Of a DNA stretch of 32,084 bases, positions 20,714 through 30,503 are shown in pieces; position 1 is the stretch's first letter; each line of letters starts with the position of its first letter. This stretch comes from an uncultured Clostridia bacterium (GTDB taxonomy: Bacteria; Bacillota; Clostridia; TANB77; CAG-508). Where the stretch lies: assembly GCA_947631725.1 (NCBI GenBank), contig CANRML010000003.1, forward strand, positions 1-32,084, read 5' to 3'. The notes under the pieces are model-generated. The model was not told where the DNA came from. It made no database searches and worked only from the letters and a program-made list of their open reading frames with translations. Both the position numbers and the translations under genes were made by a program.

Positions 20714-21577
20714 TTAAAATTTTCCTATACGAAAGTTACCAGAAGAAGGATTTCCTGAAGAAGGATTTGATAAATCATAAAGAACATCTTCTTCTTGATA
20801 TAATTTTTTATATAAATTATGAATATTATATATTTTTTCCATACTATTTTTTATTTTTAACTGTTTAAGTGATTTTCTATAATATTGATTTGTTTTAATA
20901 TTTCTAATTAATATATTATCTGTTGTAAACAAAATATGATCATTTGGTGAAGTAAGAGAATTAGATGTAGTAATATAGAAATAATCAGGTAAAACAACGG
21001 GCTCATTTTTAGTGTATTCATATATTGGCCTTCTACCTAATTCAACACGATAAATACAATCAGGATCATTTACTTGTAAATACCAAGAATTTGCAAAATC
21101 ATTTATTTCTACTTCAAAGCTATATTGTTTTGTATCATTATGAATAATTAAAACAGGAGTTGTTTTATCAAAAAAGTTATCTCCATATTGTTTTTTGAAA
21201 TTTTCTCTATCATAATCTGAAATATCCCAGTAAATGAATAATGTGTTTGGTGTTTGAGCAAGTATTTTTACAATTGTTTGATTATATCTATAAGGTAAAT
21301 CATAATATTCTACAATATTAACTTTTTTTTCATTTTTTGATTTTACAGTTTTTTTAGAAGTAGGTTTTTTAGAAACAGCTTTTTTTGTAGTTGATGTTTT
21401 TTTAGTTGTAGTCTTTTTAGTAGTAGCTTTTGTTTTACTTTCTTTTTTAGCTGTAGAAGATGTCTTTTTTGCTGGTGCTTTTTTTGTAGTAGTTTTTTTA
21501 GCTACTTTTGTAGCTTTTTTCTTAACTTTTTCTTCTACATTTTCTACTTCTTTTTGTTCTTTTGTAACTCTTGGCAT
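20714..21577 (-). CDS. DUF4912 domain protein with a histone-H1-like Lys/Thr/Ala N-terminus
   Basis: YDLPYRYN.T....L.Q.P..LF.YWDIS, SWY, YRVELG. Lies upstream of the GH57 gene; RBS AGGAGG. Confidence 0.85.
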   Translation of the reverse strand: MPRVTKEQKEVENVEEKVKKKATKVAKKTTTKKAPAKKTSSTAKKESKTKATTKKTTTKKTSTTKKAVSKKPTSKKTVKSKNEKKVNIVEYYDLPYRYNQTIVKILAQTPNTLFIYWDISDYDRENFKKQYGDNFFDKTTPVLIIHNDTKQYSFEVEINDFANSWYLQVNDPDCIYRVELGRRPIYEYTKNEPVVLPDYFYITTSNSLTSPNDHILFTTDNILIRNIKTNQYYRKSLKQLKIKNSMEKIYNIHNLYKKLYQEEDVLYDLSNPSSGNPSSGNFRIGKF

Positions 21578-21723
21578 AACTTATCCTCCTATGTATAGCT
21601 TTTACTTAATATATACTATACCAAAATAAAAATAAATTCAAGTAAAAATGCAATATTTTTCAAAAATACAGTTAAGTTATTAAATAATTATTATCATTTT
21701 ATATAAATCAAATTATATAAATC

Positions 21724-21764
21724 AAAAAGAAGTTCAACATATAATCGCAGAAGAACTTCTTTTT
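21724..21764. repeat. Perfect 12-bp inverted repeat
   Basis: AAAAAGAAGTTC (21724-21735), 17 nt loop, GAACTTCTTTTT (21753-21764). Confidence 0.8.
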
Positions 21765-21918
21765 AGACATTAAATTAAAACTAAATATAAAATCATTTTA
21801 TCACATTAAAATAAAAAAAGCAAATCGCAAAAAATATAATAAAATAAGCATAATATAGAAAAAGTAAGATAAAATAATATAAACAGTAAAAACCTTAAAA
21901 AAACTGAAATAAAAATGT

Positions 21919-21947
21919 TTGAAACTAATATTAAAATATGCTAAAAT
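21919..21947 (+). promoter_or_regulatory. SigA promoter of 6S RNA
   Basis: TTGAAA (21919-21924), 17 nt spacer, TG-n-TAAAAT (21939-21947). Confidence 0.65.
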
Positions 21948-21971
21948 ATAAATAACTTAATAGATATGCTT

Positions 21972-22163
21972 TTTCCCTGCATAGTGCGTGTAGACAGAAT
22001 TTTTAGAACCAACAAATTATGAAGAGGGATCAATCTCGAAAATATGGCGTGCATGCTCACCGATTGAATTGTGAGAAGCCCATGAGTATTTTGGTAGGTA
22101 CCCACCTGTTTGTAGGAACAGGTCCTTAAAAATTCACGACCTCTTACGGCTAAGGCGGGGGAT
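21972..22163 (+). ncRNA. ssrS: 6S RNA (SsrS)
   Basis: GC-richer island of about 190 nt. The 5' TCCCTGC pairs with the 3' GCGGGGGA. Contains Firmicute 6S motifs GAACCAAC, ACCCACCTG...CAGG and TACGGC, and is followed by a T-tract. Confidence 0.82.
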
Positions 22164-22188
22164 TTTTTTGCGTTCTTGCAAAAAAATA

Positions 22189-22217
22189 TTGTCACATATT
22201 AATATCAATGATATAAT
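22189..22217 (+). promoter_or_regulatory. SigA promoter of the prmC-whiA-hemW operon
   Basis: TTGTCA (22189-22194), 17 nt spacer, TG-n-TATAAT (22209-22217). Confidence 0.75.
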
Positions 22218-22281
22218 AAGGAAAATAAAAGAGATATCACAAAATCTTTTCTACAACAAAATGAGAAAGGATGGATTATAA

Positions 22282-23127
22282 ATGAAAATAAAAGAAGCAA
22301 TAGAAAAAGGAGCAATAGAATTAAAAGTAAAAGATGTTGAAAGCCCAAAACTTAAGGCAAGGATGTTAATGCAATTTGTGTTAAATAAACCAAGACAATA
22401 TATTATTGTCAATGATATGAAGGAATTAACTGCTCAAGAAGAAAAAAGATATTTTGCTGGAATTCAAAAACTAAGAAATCACATACCAATTGAGCATATT
22501 ACTCATCAAAAAGAATTTATGAAACTTAGTTTTTTTGTAAATGAAAATGTACTAATTCCAAGGCAGGATACAGAAACATTAGTAGAAGAAGTTATAAAAA
22601 TAGCAAAAACCAATAATGCCAAAAATATTTTAGATTTATGTACAGGAAGTGGAGCTATTGCAATATCACTTGCAAAATACATAGACGAAAGTAAAATAAT
22701 AGGAGTTGATATTAGTCAAGAGGCATTAAAAATAGCAAAGAAAAATGCAATAAGTAATGAAGTTGAAGGAAAGGTATCATGGATAAAATCAGATTTATTC
22801 CAAGATGTAAAACCACAAAAATTTGATATTATAGTATCAAACCCACCATATATAAAAAAAGACATAATTTCAACATTAGAAAGACAAGTACAAAAAGAAC
22901 CTAAAATAGCTTTAGATGGTGGATATGATGGCCTAGACTTTTATAGAAAAATTATCAAGAAAAGTTATCAATATCTAAAATACAAAGGATATTTATGTTT
23001 AGAAATTGGATATGACCAAAAAATAGATGTTATTGAATTATTAGAGAACGAGGAAAAATATAGTGAAATTTATTGCAAAAAAGATGCATATGGCAATGAC
23101 CGTGTTGTTGTTGCTAGATTAAAGTAA
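22282..23127 (+). CDS. prmC: Release factor glutamine methyltransferase PrmC/HemK
   Basis: VLIPRQDTE.LVE, LDLCTGSGAI, SNPPYI, ALDGG.DGLDFY, LEIGYDQ. Confidence 0.96.
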   Translation: MKIKEAIEKGAIELKVKDVESPKLKARMLMQFVLNKPRQYIIVNDMKELTAQEEKRYFAGIQKLRNHIPIEHITHQKEFMKLSFFVNENVLIPRQDTETLVEEVIKIAKTNNAKNILDLCTGSGAIAISLAKYIDESKIIGVDISQEALKIAKKNAISNEVEGKVSWIKSDLFQDVKPQKFDIIVSNPPYIKKDIISTLERQVQKEPKIALDGGYDGLDFYRKIIKKSYQYLKYKGYLCLEIGYDQKIDVIELLENEEKYSEIYCKKDAYGNDRVVVARLK

Positions 23128-23136
23128 GGAGGAAAT

Positions 23137-23988
23137 ATGTCATTTTCATCAGATGTAAAAGAGGAACTAAGCAAATGTAATACTTTAGCAGATAAAACAC
23201 AAGTAAAATGTGAATTATTAGGATATTTATTGACAAATAATACAAGCTACATAAATGCAAAAACATTACGTTATGCAACAGAAAGTGAATATAATATAAA
23301 CCGATTTTCAAAGCTATTATCAAACTTAAAAATAGACCATAAAATTACAATTGAAGGAAATACATTTGTAATTACAGTAAAATTGAAAGAAATACCATTT
23401 ATGCTTAAAATAGAAGAACTAGGGGAAAAAGAAGAAAATAAAAAAAGTATAGTAAGAGGTGCTTTTTTAGGCTCTGGTTCTATGAATAATCCAGAAAATG
23501 TATATCACTTAGAAATAGGATTTTTAAATTCACAAGATAGAGATGAAATACAAAAAATATTAAAAACAGATTTTGATATTAATACAAAAAAATTAGATAC
23601 ACCAAATAAAAAAGCTATATATATAAAAGATGGGGAGGAAATATCAAAAATATTGGCTCTTATGGGAGCAAGCAAAGGATTATTAAAATTTGAGGATATA
23701 CGTGTTCAAAAAAATATGAGAGGTAAAGTTAATAGGCTTGTAAATTGTGAAACAGCAAACTTAAATAAAACTATAAATGCTTCAATAGAACAAATTGAAG
23801 CAATACGAAAACTACAAAAAGAAAATAAATTTAATATGTTAGATGACAATTTAAAAGAAATAGCAATATTAAGAATAGAAAATCCGGATATTTCACTTGT
23901 AGAACTAGGGAAAAAACTAAAAAATCCAATAGGTAAATCAGGAGTAAATTATAGACTAAAAAAAATCATAGATATTGCTAAATCATAG
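23137..23988 (+). CDS. whiA: DNA-binding protein WhiA
   Basis: MSFSSDVKEEL, RGAFLGSGS..NP...YHLE, NRLVNCETANL.KT, KSGVNYRL. Confidence 0.95.
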   Translation: MSFSSDVKEELSKCNTLADKTQVKCELLGYLLTNNTSYINAKTLRYATESEYNINRFSKLLSNLKIDHKITIEGNTFVITVKLKEIPFMLKIEELGEKEENKKSIVRGAFLGSGSMNNPENVYHLEIGFLNSQDRDEIQKILKTDFDINTKKLDTPNKKAIYIKDGEEISKILALMGASKGLLKFEDIRVQKNMRGKVNRLVNCETANLNKTINASIEQIEAIRKLQKENKFNMLDDNLKEIAILRIENPDISLVELGKKLKNPIGKSGVNYRLKKIIDIAKS

Positions 23989-24000
23989 AAAGGAATCCAA

Positions 24001-25140
24001 ATGCTAAAACCAGAACTAGGAATTTATATACATATTCCATTTTGTAAACAAAAATGCATGTATTGTGATTTTGTATCATTTCCAAATCAAGAGGAAAAAC
24101 AAGCACAATATATAGAAAAAGTATTACAAGAAATAAATCAAGAAAAAGAAATACTTTTAAAATATCAAATTACAACAATATATATTGGTGGAGGTACACC
24201 ATCAGTTATAGATAGTAAATATATAACTGACATTTTGAATACAATAAAGAAAGTAGCAAATCTAGAAAACTTAGAAAATATAGAAGTAACAATTGAAGTA
24301 AATCCAGGAACTGTTACAGAAGAAAAATTGCTTAGTTATAAAAATTCTGGAATAAATAGATTAAGTATAGGATTACAAACTACAAATGATAGATTATTAA
24401 AAACAATAGGGAGAATACATAAATATCAAGATTTTTTAAATACATATAAAACAGCAAGAAAGTTAGGATTTAATAATATAAATACTGATTTAATGATAGG
24501 ATTACCAACACAAAACCTAAAAGATGTGAAAAAAAGCTTAGAAGAAATAATTATGCTAAAACCAGAACACATTTCTGTATATTCACTAATTTTAGAAGAG
24601 AATACACCAATGGAAAGACTAGTAGATCAGGGAAAACTAAAATTACCATCAGATGAGGCAGAAAGAAGACAATATCATTATGTAAAAAATATCTTAGAAT
24701 TAAATGGATATATTCACTATGAAATATCAAATTTTGCATTTCCAACAAAACAATCAAAACATAATTGTAATTGCTGGGAGCAAAAAGAATATATTGGTTT
24801 TGGAGTTTCAGCACACTCATATATATCAAAAAAAAGATATTCTAACACAAATAATTTAAATCAATATTTAGAAAAAAATCTAAATGAAATTAAAACTATA
24901 AATGAAATACAAAATCAAGAATCTCAAGAAAAAGAATATATGTTATTAGGATTAAGAAAATTAGACGGAGTACAAATCACAAAATTCAAAGAAAAATTTG
25001 GAAAAAATCCAATATATATATTTAGAAATGAAATAAAAAAATTAGTAGAGCAAGGATTACTAGAGATAGATTTAGACAATATTTTACTTACATCAAAGGG
25101 ATTAGATTTAGCAAATCTAGTCTGGGAAGAATTTATATAG
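24001..25140 (+). CDS. hemW: Radical SAM heme chaperone HemW (HemN-like)
   Basis: YIHIPFCKQKCMYCDF, YIGGGTPS, YEISNF, HN..YW-like motif (HNCNCW). Confidence 0.9.
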   Translation: MLKPELGIYIHIPFCKQKCMYCDFVSFPNQEEKQAQYIEKVLQEINQEKEILLKYQITTIYIGGGTPSVIDSKYITDILNTIKKVANLENLENIEVTIEVNPGTVTEEKLLSYKNSGINRLSIGLQTTNDRLLKTIGRIHKYQDFLNTYKTARKLGFNNINTDLMIGLPTQNLKDVKKSLEEIIMLKPEHISVYSLILEENTPMERLVDQGKLKLPSDEAERRQYHYVKNILELNGYIHYEISNFAFPTKQSKHNCNCWEQKEYIGFGVSAHSYISKKRYSNTNNLNQYLEKNLNEIKTINEIQNQESQEKEYMLLGLRKLDGVQITKFKEKFGKNPIYIFRNEIKKLVEQGLLEIDLDNILLTSKGLDLANLVWEEFI

Positions 25141-25149
25141 GGAGGAAAT

Positions 25150-26424
25150 ATGAAGGATAAACCAAGAAAGACTTTAGAGTGGAGAAAATTAGATAATTCA
25201 GCAAAACTGTTTCCAATGTCTGCAGGTAAAAAATATAGTACAGTTTTTAGAATATCTGCAGTTTTAAATGAAGAGGTACAACCAGAAATATTAAAAAAAG
25301 CAGTAAAAATTGCTTTAGAAAAATATAAATCATTTCGTGTAAGATTAAAAAACGGCTTTTTTTGGAATTATTTAGAGCATAATTCAAAAGAACCAATTGT
25401 TGAACTTGAATCTGATTATCCATGCAAATATATAGATCCAAAAACAAATAATCAATATTTATTTAAAGTAACATATTTTGAAAGAAAGATAAACATAGAT
25501 ATTTTCCACTCATTAACAGATGGAAATAGTGGAGCATTATTTTTTAAAGAAATTATTTATAGCTACCTAGAAATGACACATCCAGAAGAATTCAAAGAAG
25601 AAATAAGAAGCTATAGAAAAGTAGAATATACAATTGAAGATAGTTATATTAAGAATTTTGATAAAAAATCAAAAAACAATAATTCTTCAAAAAAAGCATA
25701 TTTATTAAAAGGAGGAAAATTAAAACTAGGAGCTATATCAGCAATCCATGAAATAATTGATTTATCTAAGCTAAAAGAAGAAGTAAAAAAACAAAATTGT
25801 ACAATTACACAATATTTAACAGCGGTATTGATATACAGCATTTATCAAGTAAATTTCATTAATCCAAAACATAGACCAATAAAAATTTGTATACCAGTAA
25901 ATTTAAAAAAATATTTCCAATCAGATACTATAACAAATTTCTTTTCATATATAACAGTTGAAGCAGATATGGAAAAGGAAGAATTAAATAATTTTGAAAA
26001 GATATTGGAATTTGTAAAAAAGGATTTTGAAAAAAGATTAACTCAAGAAGAAATAAAAAAGACAATGTCAGGAAATGTAAAATTAGGAATAAATCCATTT
26101 ATTAAAGCAATTCCATTAATATTAAAAAGACCTATAGTACGTCTAAGCTATTTAGAAATTAGGAAATATACAACTATGACTTTTTCTAATATAGGAAGAA
26201 TAGGAATTATTGGAAAATATAAGAAATATATAGATAATTTTTTTATGCTAATTGCACCTGAACAAGCAGAAAAGGTAAAATGTTCTGCATGCTCATATGA
26301 AAATAAAATTACAGTAACATTTACTTCAATTTTAAATAATAACAATATAGAAAAAATATTTAGCCAATTTTTGAAAGATAAGGGAATAGATGTGCAAATA
26401 GAAAGCAATGGAATAAATGAATAA
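25150..26424 (+). CDS. CoA-dependent acyltransferase (alcohol acetyltransferase / condensation-fold family)
   Basis: W.KLDN.A..F N-terminus, catalytic HxxxDG (FHSLTDG), PVNL...F.S.T..NF, FSNIG. Confidence 0.8.
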   Translation: MKDKPRKTLEWRKLDNSAKLFPMSAGKKYSTVFRISAVLNEEVQPEILKKAVKIALEKYKSFRVRLKNGFFWNYLEHNSKEPIVELESDYPCKYIDPKTNNQYLFKVTYFERKINIDIFHSLTDGNSGALFFKEIIYSYLEMTHPEEFKEEIRSYRKVEYTIEDSYIKNFDKKSKNNNSSKKAYLLKGGKLKLGAISAIHEIIDLSKLKEEVKKQNCTITQYLTAVLIYSIYQVNFINPKHRPIKICIPVNLKKYFQSDTITNFFSYITVEADMEKEELNNFEKILEFVKKDFEKRLTQEEIKKTMSGNVKLGINPFIKAIPLILKRPIVRLSYLEIRKYTTMTFSNIGRIGIIGKYKKYIDNFFMLIAPEQAEKVKCSACSYENKITVTFTSILNNNNIEKIFSQFLKDKGIDVQIESNGINE

Positions 26425-26435
26425 GAGGAGGAATT

Positions 26436-26999
26436 ATGCTATATCCACAAAAACTAAGTCAAAAAAAAGGAAACTTAATAATAAAAATTTCAATAATGAT
26501 TTCAATAATAATAGCAATTATTTTAGTTTTAATAAATCATTTTATAACTCCTGATATACAATGGGCAGGAATTGCCAATGCAGGTATAATATATATTTGG
26601 ATTACAGTGATTTACTCAATAAACAAAAATACAAATATTGCAGGACATGTTCTACTTCAAATGATAGCAATATCTATATTGACAATATATATAGATTATA
26701 AAACAGGATTTAAAGGTTGGGCTGTTAATATTTCAATTCCAATCATTATCATTATAGCTAATATAACAATGTTAATTTTAACAATAATAAGTCATAAAAG
26801 ATATATTCGTTATGCAATTTATCAACTAGTAATATGCTTATTTAGTTTAGTTCCATTTTATTTTATATATGAAAAATTGATAGTAAATAAAATACTTAGT
26901 TATATAGCAACAGGAGTTTGCATTATAAATTTTTTAGTAACAATTTGTTTATGCTCAAAAGAAGTAAAAGATGCTATTACTAGAAAATTCAGCATTTAG
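26436..26999 (+). CDS. DUF6320-like multi-TM membrane protein
   Basis: Six hydrophobic segments, YP N-terminus, GW......P motif and a C-terminus ending RKFSI. Typical partner of the upstream acyltransferase. Confidence 0.65.
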   Translation: MLYPQKLSQKKGNLIIKISIMISIIIAIILVLINHFITPDIQWAGIANAGIIYIWITVIYSINKNTNIAGHVLLQMIAISILTIYIDYKTGFKGWAVNISIPIIIIIANITMLILTIISHKRYIRYAIYQLVICLFSLVPFYFIYEKLIVNKILSYIATGVCIINFLVTICLCSKEVKDAITRKFSI

Positions 27000-27039
27000 A
27001 TAAAAAACCGAACGACCTGTACAAAATCATATAAAAACA

Positions 27040-27068
27040 TTGCAATTATATTTAATTATTTATATAAT
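27040..27068 (+). promoter_or_regulatory. SigA promoter of tetR-acyl-CoA ligase
   Basis: TTGCAA (27040-27045), 17 nt spacer, TATAAT (27063-27068). Confidence 0.7.
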
Positions 27069-27085
27069 GTGACAGATAAGGATGG

Positions 27086-27661
27086 ATGAGTATGAATAAA
27101 ACCAAAAGAAAAATATTTGAAACTTCTATGAAATTATTTGCTGAAAAGGGATATGATGCAACTAGTATAGAAGATATAACAGCTACTGTTGGAGTTGCAA
27201 AAGGTACTTTGTATTATCACTTTTCTAGCAAAGAAGAAATTTTTAATTTCTTAATAGAAGAAGGAATTAAATTATTGCAAAATAGCATTGATATAAAAAC
27301 AGCAAAGCTTAATAATTATATTGATAAAATAAAAGCAGTTGTGTTAATTCAAATAAAAATCGTAGCTAAATATGAAGATATAATTGCTATTTTACTAAGT
27401 CAATTTTATGGTAAAGAAGCAAGAAATCAAAAATGTCAAATGCTAATTTATGAATATATCAATAAAATAGAACAAATTGTAGAACAGGGAATTAAAGAAG
27501 GACAAATAAAAGCTGGTAATTCAAAGGCAATTGCATCAGAAATATATGCACTAATTTGCTCTAGTTTAGTATATAAACTAAGAAATCAAGATACATTTGA
27601 TGTAATGACATTATTTAGAGAATTTGAAACAACAGTTATTGAAGGGTTAAAGATAAAATAG
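27086..27661 (+). CDS. TetR/AcrR family transcriptional regulator
   Basis: LFAEKGYDATSIEDI...GVAKGTLYYHFSSKEEI helix-turn-helix. Confidence 0.95.
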   Translation: MSMNKTKRKIFETSMKLFAEKGYDATSIEDITATVGVAKGTLYYHFSSKEEIFNFLIEEGIKLLQNSIDIKTAKLNNYIDKIKAVVLIQIKIVAKYEDIIAILLSQFYGKEARNQKCQMLIYEYINKIEQIVEQGIKEGQIKAGNSKAIASEIYALICSSLVYKLRNQDTFDVMTLFREFETTVIEGLKIK

Positions 27662-27667
27662 GAAAGG

Positions 27668-29392
27668 ATGAAAATAATGAGAAAACCAATTCATACATTT
27701 GATACATACACTGATTTAAAAGATATGCTAAAAAAATCAGGAGAAAAATTTGGAGATAGACCAGCATATATTTTAAAAACAGAAAAAGAAGGAGAATTTA
27801 AAAAAATTTCTCATAAAGAGTTTAGATATCAAGTAGATTGCCTAGGAACTAAATTAATAGATATGGGATTAAAAGGAAAACGTATTTCTGTTATTGGTGA
27901 AAATCGTTATGAGTGGGGACTTTCATATTTATCAGTAGTTACTGGAACAGGAATTGTTGTTCCTCTAGATAAAGCACTACCGGAAAATGAAATAGAAAGC
28001 TTAATTTTACGTTCAGAAGTAGAAGCTATTTTTTATTCTAATAAATATGATGATATAATGAAACGCTTAATGGAAAAAAATAATACAAAAATAAAATATT
28101 TTATTTCTATGGATTTAGAAGAAAATACTAATAATGTATATTCACTTTATCAGCTAATAGAAGAAGGAAAACAATTATTAGAAAATGGAAATAGAGAATT
28201 TTTAGATGCTAAAATTAACCCAGATGAAATGCAAATTATGCTATTTACATCTGGTACAACTTCTATATCAAAAGCTGTTATGTTATCACATAAAAATATT
28301 ACATCAAATATTATGGACATTGCAGCAACTATAAAACTAGATGAAAATGACATTATGCTATCATTTTTACCTTTACATCATACTTTTGAATCAACAGTGG
28401 GATTTCTATATCCACTTTCAAAAGGATGTGCAATAGCTTTTTGTGATGGAATTAGACATATAGCACAAAATGTAAAAGAATATAAAATAACAGCAGTAAT
28501 ATCTGTTCCAGCCCTTTTTGAAGGAATTTATAAACAAATTAAAAAAGGAATTCAGAAAAAAGGAAAATGGGAAACAGTTCAAAAAGGAATCAAAATTAGT
28601 AACTTCCTTCTTAAATTTGGAATTGATATAAGACAAAAACTATTCCATGAAGTACATGAAACTTTAGGAGAAGACTTAAGACTTTTAGTTGCTGGTGGGG
28701 CTGCATTTGATCCTGAAATAGAAAAAGGCTTTATCGATTTAGGATTTACTACATACCAAGGCTATGGCTTAACAGAAACATCACCTGTTGTAGCAGCAGA
28801 GGATGACAAATATAGAAGATTAGGCTCAATTGGAAAAGCATTTCCAAGTCTTGATGTTAAAATATTAGAACCAAATGAAGAAGGAATCGGAGAATTAATG
28901 GTAAAAGGTCCAACAGTTATGCTTGGATATTATGATAATGAAGAAGCTACAAAAGAAGTGCTTGAACCAGATGGATGGTTCCATACAGGAGATTTAGCAA
29001 AAATTGATAAAGATGGCTATATATTTATAACAGGTAGAAAGAAATATGTAATAGTTTTGCAAAACGGAAAAAATATTTTTCCAGAAGAATTAGAAATACT
29101 AATAAATAAAATAGAAGGTATAAAAGAAAGTTTTGTATATGGAAAACCAGATGGGATTGATTATAAAATATGTGCAAAAATAGTTTATGACAAAGAAATA
29201 ATGAAGGAAATTTATCACTTAGAAGAAGAAAATGAAATTAAAGAAAAAATTTGGGAAGAAGTTAAAAAAATCAATAAAACAATGCCAGCATATAAATATG
29301 TAAGAGAGATTTCCGTAACAGAACAGGAACTTATAAAGACAACTACACAAAAAATAAAAAGACATGAAGAAATAAAAACACTTGTAAACTAG
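27668..29392 (+). CDS. Long-chain fatty acid--CoA ligase (AMP-binding enzyme)
   Basis: FTSGTT...K.VMLSH, QGYGLTET, GWFHTGDL, TGRKK.VIV..NGKNIFPEELE, KTTTQKIKR. Confidence 0.9.
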   Translation: MKIMRKPIHTFDTYTDLKDMLKKSGEKFGDRPAYILKTEKEGEFKKISHKEFRYQVDCLGTKLIDMGLKGKRISVIGENRYEWGLSYLSVVTGTGIVVPLDKALPENEIESLILRSEVEAIFYSNKYDDIMKRLMEKNNTKIKYFISMDLEENTNNVYSLYQLIEEGKQLLENGNREFLDAKINPDEMQIMLFTSGTTSISKAVMLSHKNITSNIMDIAATIKLDENDIMLSFLPLHHTFESTVGFLYPLSKGCAIAFCDGIRHIAQNVKEYKITAVISVPALFEGIYKQIKKGIQKKGKWETVQKGIKISNFLLKFGIDIRQKLFHEVHETLGEDLRLLVAGGAAFDPEIEKGFIDLGFTTYQGYGLTETSPVVAAEDDKYRRLGSIGKAFPSLDVKILEPNEEGIGELMVKGPTVMLGYYDNEEATKEVLEPDGWFHTGDLAKIDKDGYIFITGRKKYVIVLQNGKNIFPEELEILINKIEGIKESFVYGKPDGIDYKICAKIVYDKEIMKEIYHLEEENEIKEKIWEEVKKINKTMPAYKYVREISVTEQELIKTTTQKIKRHEEIKTLVN

Positions 29393-29415
29393 TATTTCCA
29401 AAGGAAACAAAACAC

Positions 29416-29448
29416 ATTACAAAAATATTACAAAATTATTACAAAAAT
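29416..29448 (-). promoter_or_regulatory. Triple 11-bp direct repeat, WalR/OmpR-type box
   Basis: ATTACAAAAAT ATTACAAAATT ATTACAAAAAT, which reads TGTAAT-N5-TGTAAT-N5-TGTAAT on the minus strand. Confidence 0.6.
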
Positions 29449-29474
29449 GTAATATAAAAAAATAAAAAATCTAC

Positions 29475-29503
29475 TTGTAGTTTTTTGTAAATTAATGTAT
29501 AAT
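29475..29503 (+). promoter_or_regulatory. SigA promoter of the orphan gene at 29556
   Basis: TTGTAG (29475-29480), 17 nt spacer, TATAAT (29498-29503). Confidence 0.55.
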
Positions 29504-29555
29504 AAAAAGGAAATATGAAATCCAATAAAGCGTAGGATAAAGGAGGTAGTTTACA

Positions 29556-30434
29556 GTGTCTAAAGCTGGCATAGTAAACGTGAGGATGGTAATCACGGAA
29601 GAAAAAATATTATCAAATATAGATAAAGTACAAAAATTAATTAACCCAAATAGCAAAAAACAAATTGTACAATTAGAGGAAGATACATATTTTAAAGATA
29701 TGGTTGAATCTATCAAAACATATTTAAATGAGTATCCTAAAAAGAAAAATTTTCCAAGCAGTGTATATAATGCTGCATATGGTTTAGTTGAATATGCAAC
29801 AAATCAATTCGAAGAAAACACAAAAAAAATCGAAGATTTAATTCGTCAAAGAGAAGAAAATATTTCTTTAGCTAACCAATTAAAAGAACTAGTTGAAGTT
29901 GTAACTAATAAAGAAAAAGATTGGAAGGAACAAGTTAAAGCAGCAGAAAAAGATTTTCCAGAGGATATAATTGACACTTTAAATATTATAGGAAAATCAA
30001 AATCAAATACATCAGAAAACTTCCAAGATGCTTTAAAATTAGTAAATGCTAGAGTAAATAATTTGGAATCAAATTTACATATTGAAATAGATATGGAAAG
30101 AATTGAAGATAGATCAAAGGCTTTAAGCTATATAGGTATTGAAGTAGCAGATGCATTAAAATCAATTCCAACACCAATTACAATTCCAAATCAAGAACCT
30201 GAAAAAGTAGAAAAAGTAGAAAACGAAAAACCAGTAGTAAAAATAACAGAACAACCAGTAAATGAAGAAGTAAAAGAAGAAAAACAACAATATGAAGAAC
30301 AAACTACATTTGAAGTAAAACCTTCATTATGGCAAAGAATTAAAAATTCTAAACTAGTTAGAGGAATAAGTTACATATTTAGAATTAAAGTAGTTTTAGA
30401 CTATCCAGCATTACCTGAAGGTAAAGGAGAATAA
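29556..30434 (+). CDS. Hypothetical coiled-coil protein
   Basis: GTG start 8 nt after AAGGAGGT. Helical N-terminal two-thirds, P/E/V/K linker, C-terminal amphipathic SLWQRIKNSKLVRGI. Confidence 0.8.
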   Translation: MSKAGIVNVRMVITEEKILSNIDKVQKLINPNSKKQIVQLEEDTYFKDMVESIKTYLNEYPKKKNFPSSVYNAAYGLVEYATNQFEENTKKIEDLIRQREENISLANQLKELVEVVTNKEKDWKEQVKAAEKDFPEDIIDTLNIIGKSKSNTSENFQDALKLVNARVNNLESNLHIEIDMERIEDRSKALSYIGIEVADALKSIPTPITIPNQEPEKVEKVENEKPVVKITEQPVNEEVKEEKQQYEEQTTFEVKPSLWQRIKNSKLVRGISYIFRIKVVLDYPALPEGKGE

Positions 30435-30447
30435 ATAAAAAAATAAG

Positions 30448-30472
30448 AAATCCCTAATCAGGGATTTTTTTA
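30448..30472 (+). terminator. Rho-independent terminator
   Basis: Hairpin AAATCCCT-aatc-AGGGATTT followed by a T-tract. Confidence 0.8.
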
Positions 30473-30503
30473 TATAAAATTACATAAAAATAAATTAAAG
30501 GTA

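Noticed and set aside
21941-22195. 84-aa minus-strand ORF
   Set aside because: It is antisense to the 6S RNA, has an atypical composition and lacks an RBS.
29416-29448. CRISPR array or replication iterons
   Set aside because: Only three 11-bp units with no spacers, and no cas or rep gene nearby. Better explained as regulator boxes.
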